From Saprospiraceae bacterium (lineage in GTDB: Bacteria; Bacteroidota; Bacteroidia; Chitinophagales; Saprospiraceae), in contig JBDUDG010000001.1 in the NCBI GenBank assembly GCA_040003045.1, positions 1 to 45,557 on the forward strand: 45,557 nt of DNA. The letters run 5' to 3'. This document shows positions 44,708 through 45,557 of the stretch, piece after piece; position 1 is the first letter of the stretch; every line of letters starts with the position of its first letter. The position numbers and the translations under genes are program-made. The notes below the pieces were generated by a model, which saw only the letters and a list, made by a program, of their open reading frames with translations, had not been told where the DNA came from and made no database searches.

Positions 44708-45557
44708 TTAATGATTTCCTGAAAACGGATGTACCGTTGTATGTAATTGAGTCAGTGGATGTTTCTCTCCTTCATCACTCAGGTTGCCATTGCGAATATC
44801 ATACACCAATTGTATTGAAGGCTTTGCATCTTCCATCGTAAATCCATTCCCATCAAGTATTTGCTGATAACTGATCGTATGCAGGTCTGCAAAACCTTCA
44901 CTGAATTCAAATTCCTCCTGCTCAATGGTGATCGATCTGTAAGTTCGCCCGCCTTTTTTCCTGATTTCCTCCGGTATCGTATCTGCATTGATACTTAAAA
45001 ACCAACGTACTCTCGCTTTTTCAAATTCAAGATACCCCGCGGCACGGTCATGCAGATGCTGGTGTACATGATTGACCTTAACTGGTCCAAATATCCATAA
45101 TAACATATCAAAAAAATGCACTCCGATATTTGTGGCGATACCACCTGATTTTCGCTCCTCCCCCTTCCAGCTCGTGTAATACCAATTACCTCGTGAAGTA
45201 ATATAGGTAAGATCGACATCATATATTTTATCAGCAGGGCCTTTCTGAATTTTTTCACGCAATGCGATCACATTCGGGTGCAGTCTTAATTGTAAAATAG
45301 TGGATACTGAATGATGCGTATCGTACGCAATCTCACTCAGAGCATCGACATTCCATGGATTCAACACGATTGGTTTTTCGCAAATCACATCCGACCCATA
45401 ACGCAATGCAAATCGTATGTGTGCATCGTGAAGATAATTGGGCGAACAAATACTGATATAATCGACTCCCGAGCCTTTCCTTTTGAGCTTTTCAAGGTGC
45501 CTGTCGAAACGCTCGAACTCCACGAAAAAAGCAGCTTGCGGAAAATAGCTATCGATG
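44708..45557 (-). CDS. Gfo/Idh/MocA-family oxidoreductase, WbpB-like sugar-nucleotide dehydrogenase (5' end outside the window)
   Basis: The track ORF starts at a GTG, but the frame stays open to the window edge (IDSYFPQAAFFVEFERFDRH...), so the Rossmann N-terminus is missing. ISICSPNYLHDAHIRFALRYGSDVICEKPIVLNPWN is typical of WbpB-type enzymes. Confidence 0.8.
   Translation of the reverse strand, partial: IDSYFPQAAFFVEFERFDRHLEKLKRKGSGVDYISICSPNYLHDAHIRFALRYGSDVICEKPIVLNPWNVDALSEIAYDTHHSVSTILQLRLHPNVIALREKIQKGPADKIYDVDLTYITSRGNWYYTSWKGEERKSGGIATNIGVHFFDMLLWIFGPVKVNHVHQHLHDRAAGYLEFEKARVRWFLSINADTIPEEIRKKGGRTYRSITIEQEEFEFSEGFADLHTISYQQILDGNGFTMEDAKPSIQLVYDIRNGNLSDEGEKHPLTQLHTTVHPFSGNH

Noticed and set aside
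1-45557. Search for CRISPR arrays, tRNA/rRNA genes, transposases, integrases, toxin-antitoxin or known defence genes
   Set aside because: No spaced direct-repeat array, no tRNA-like cloverleaf signature in any intergenic gap and no ORF with recombinase, nuclease or RT motifs was seen. All intergenic gaps are under 500 nt.

Overview
Gene-dense 45.6-kb chromosomal segment with clear Bacteroidota hallmarks: two SusC/SusD pairs, T9SS type A and type B C-terminal sorting domains, and several TAnnTTTG -7-type promoter boxes. I found no rRNA, tRNA, CRISPR array, transposase, integrase or phage gene. Layout: (1) 1-7.0 kb holds housekeeping and envelope genes: a partial DUF4331 protein, acyl-CoA dehydrogenase, M50 site-2 protease with a CBS region, OmpH/Skp, TatA and an AsmA-like protein. 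(2) 7.3-13.0 kb is one 1912-aa Cys-rich modular surface protein with a T9SS type B sorting domain. (3) 13.0-18.3 kb holds a UMF1-type MFS transporter and two canonical ArnT/PMT-like GT-C glycosyltransferases flanking a small lipoprotein. (4) 18.5-28.2 kb holds two tandem SusC-SusD pairs; the SusC 5' ends and leaders are about 85% identical at DNA level while the rest has diverged. (5) 28.7-30.2 kb encodes a 7-bladed Asp-box propeller with a T9SS type A domain. (6) 30.3-45.6 kb is an apparently AT-richer glycan island. It contains three more GT-C-like polytopic proteins (two I cannot place in a named family), one GtrB/ArnC-type polyprenyl-phosphate sugar synthase, three soluble GT2s, a UPF0104 flippase-like protein, three intact methyltransferases plus one remnant, and a 2-epimerase / WbpB-like dehydrogenase pair at the right edge. 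The best candidate for an undescribed system is this island together with the 14.3-18.3 kb genes. Together they give five GT-C-type enzymes, each with an Asp-Glu dyad after TM1, fed by a single lipid-phosphate sugar synthase, with no Wzx/Wzy/Wzz/ABC exporter, no initiating phosphoglycosyltransferase and no ligase in the window. That suggests a periplasmic-face glycosylation and methylation machinery rather than a classical O-antigen or capsule locus. All family assignments come from motif recognition by eye, not from searches.
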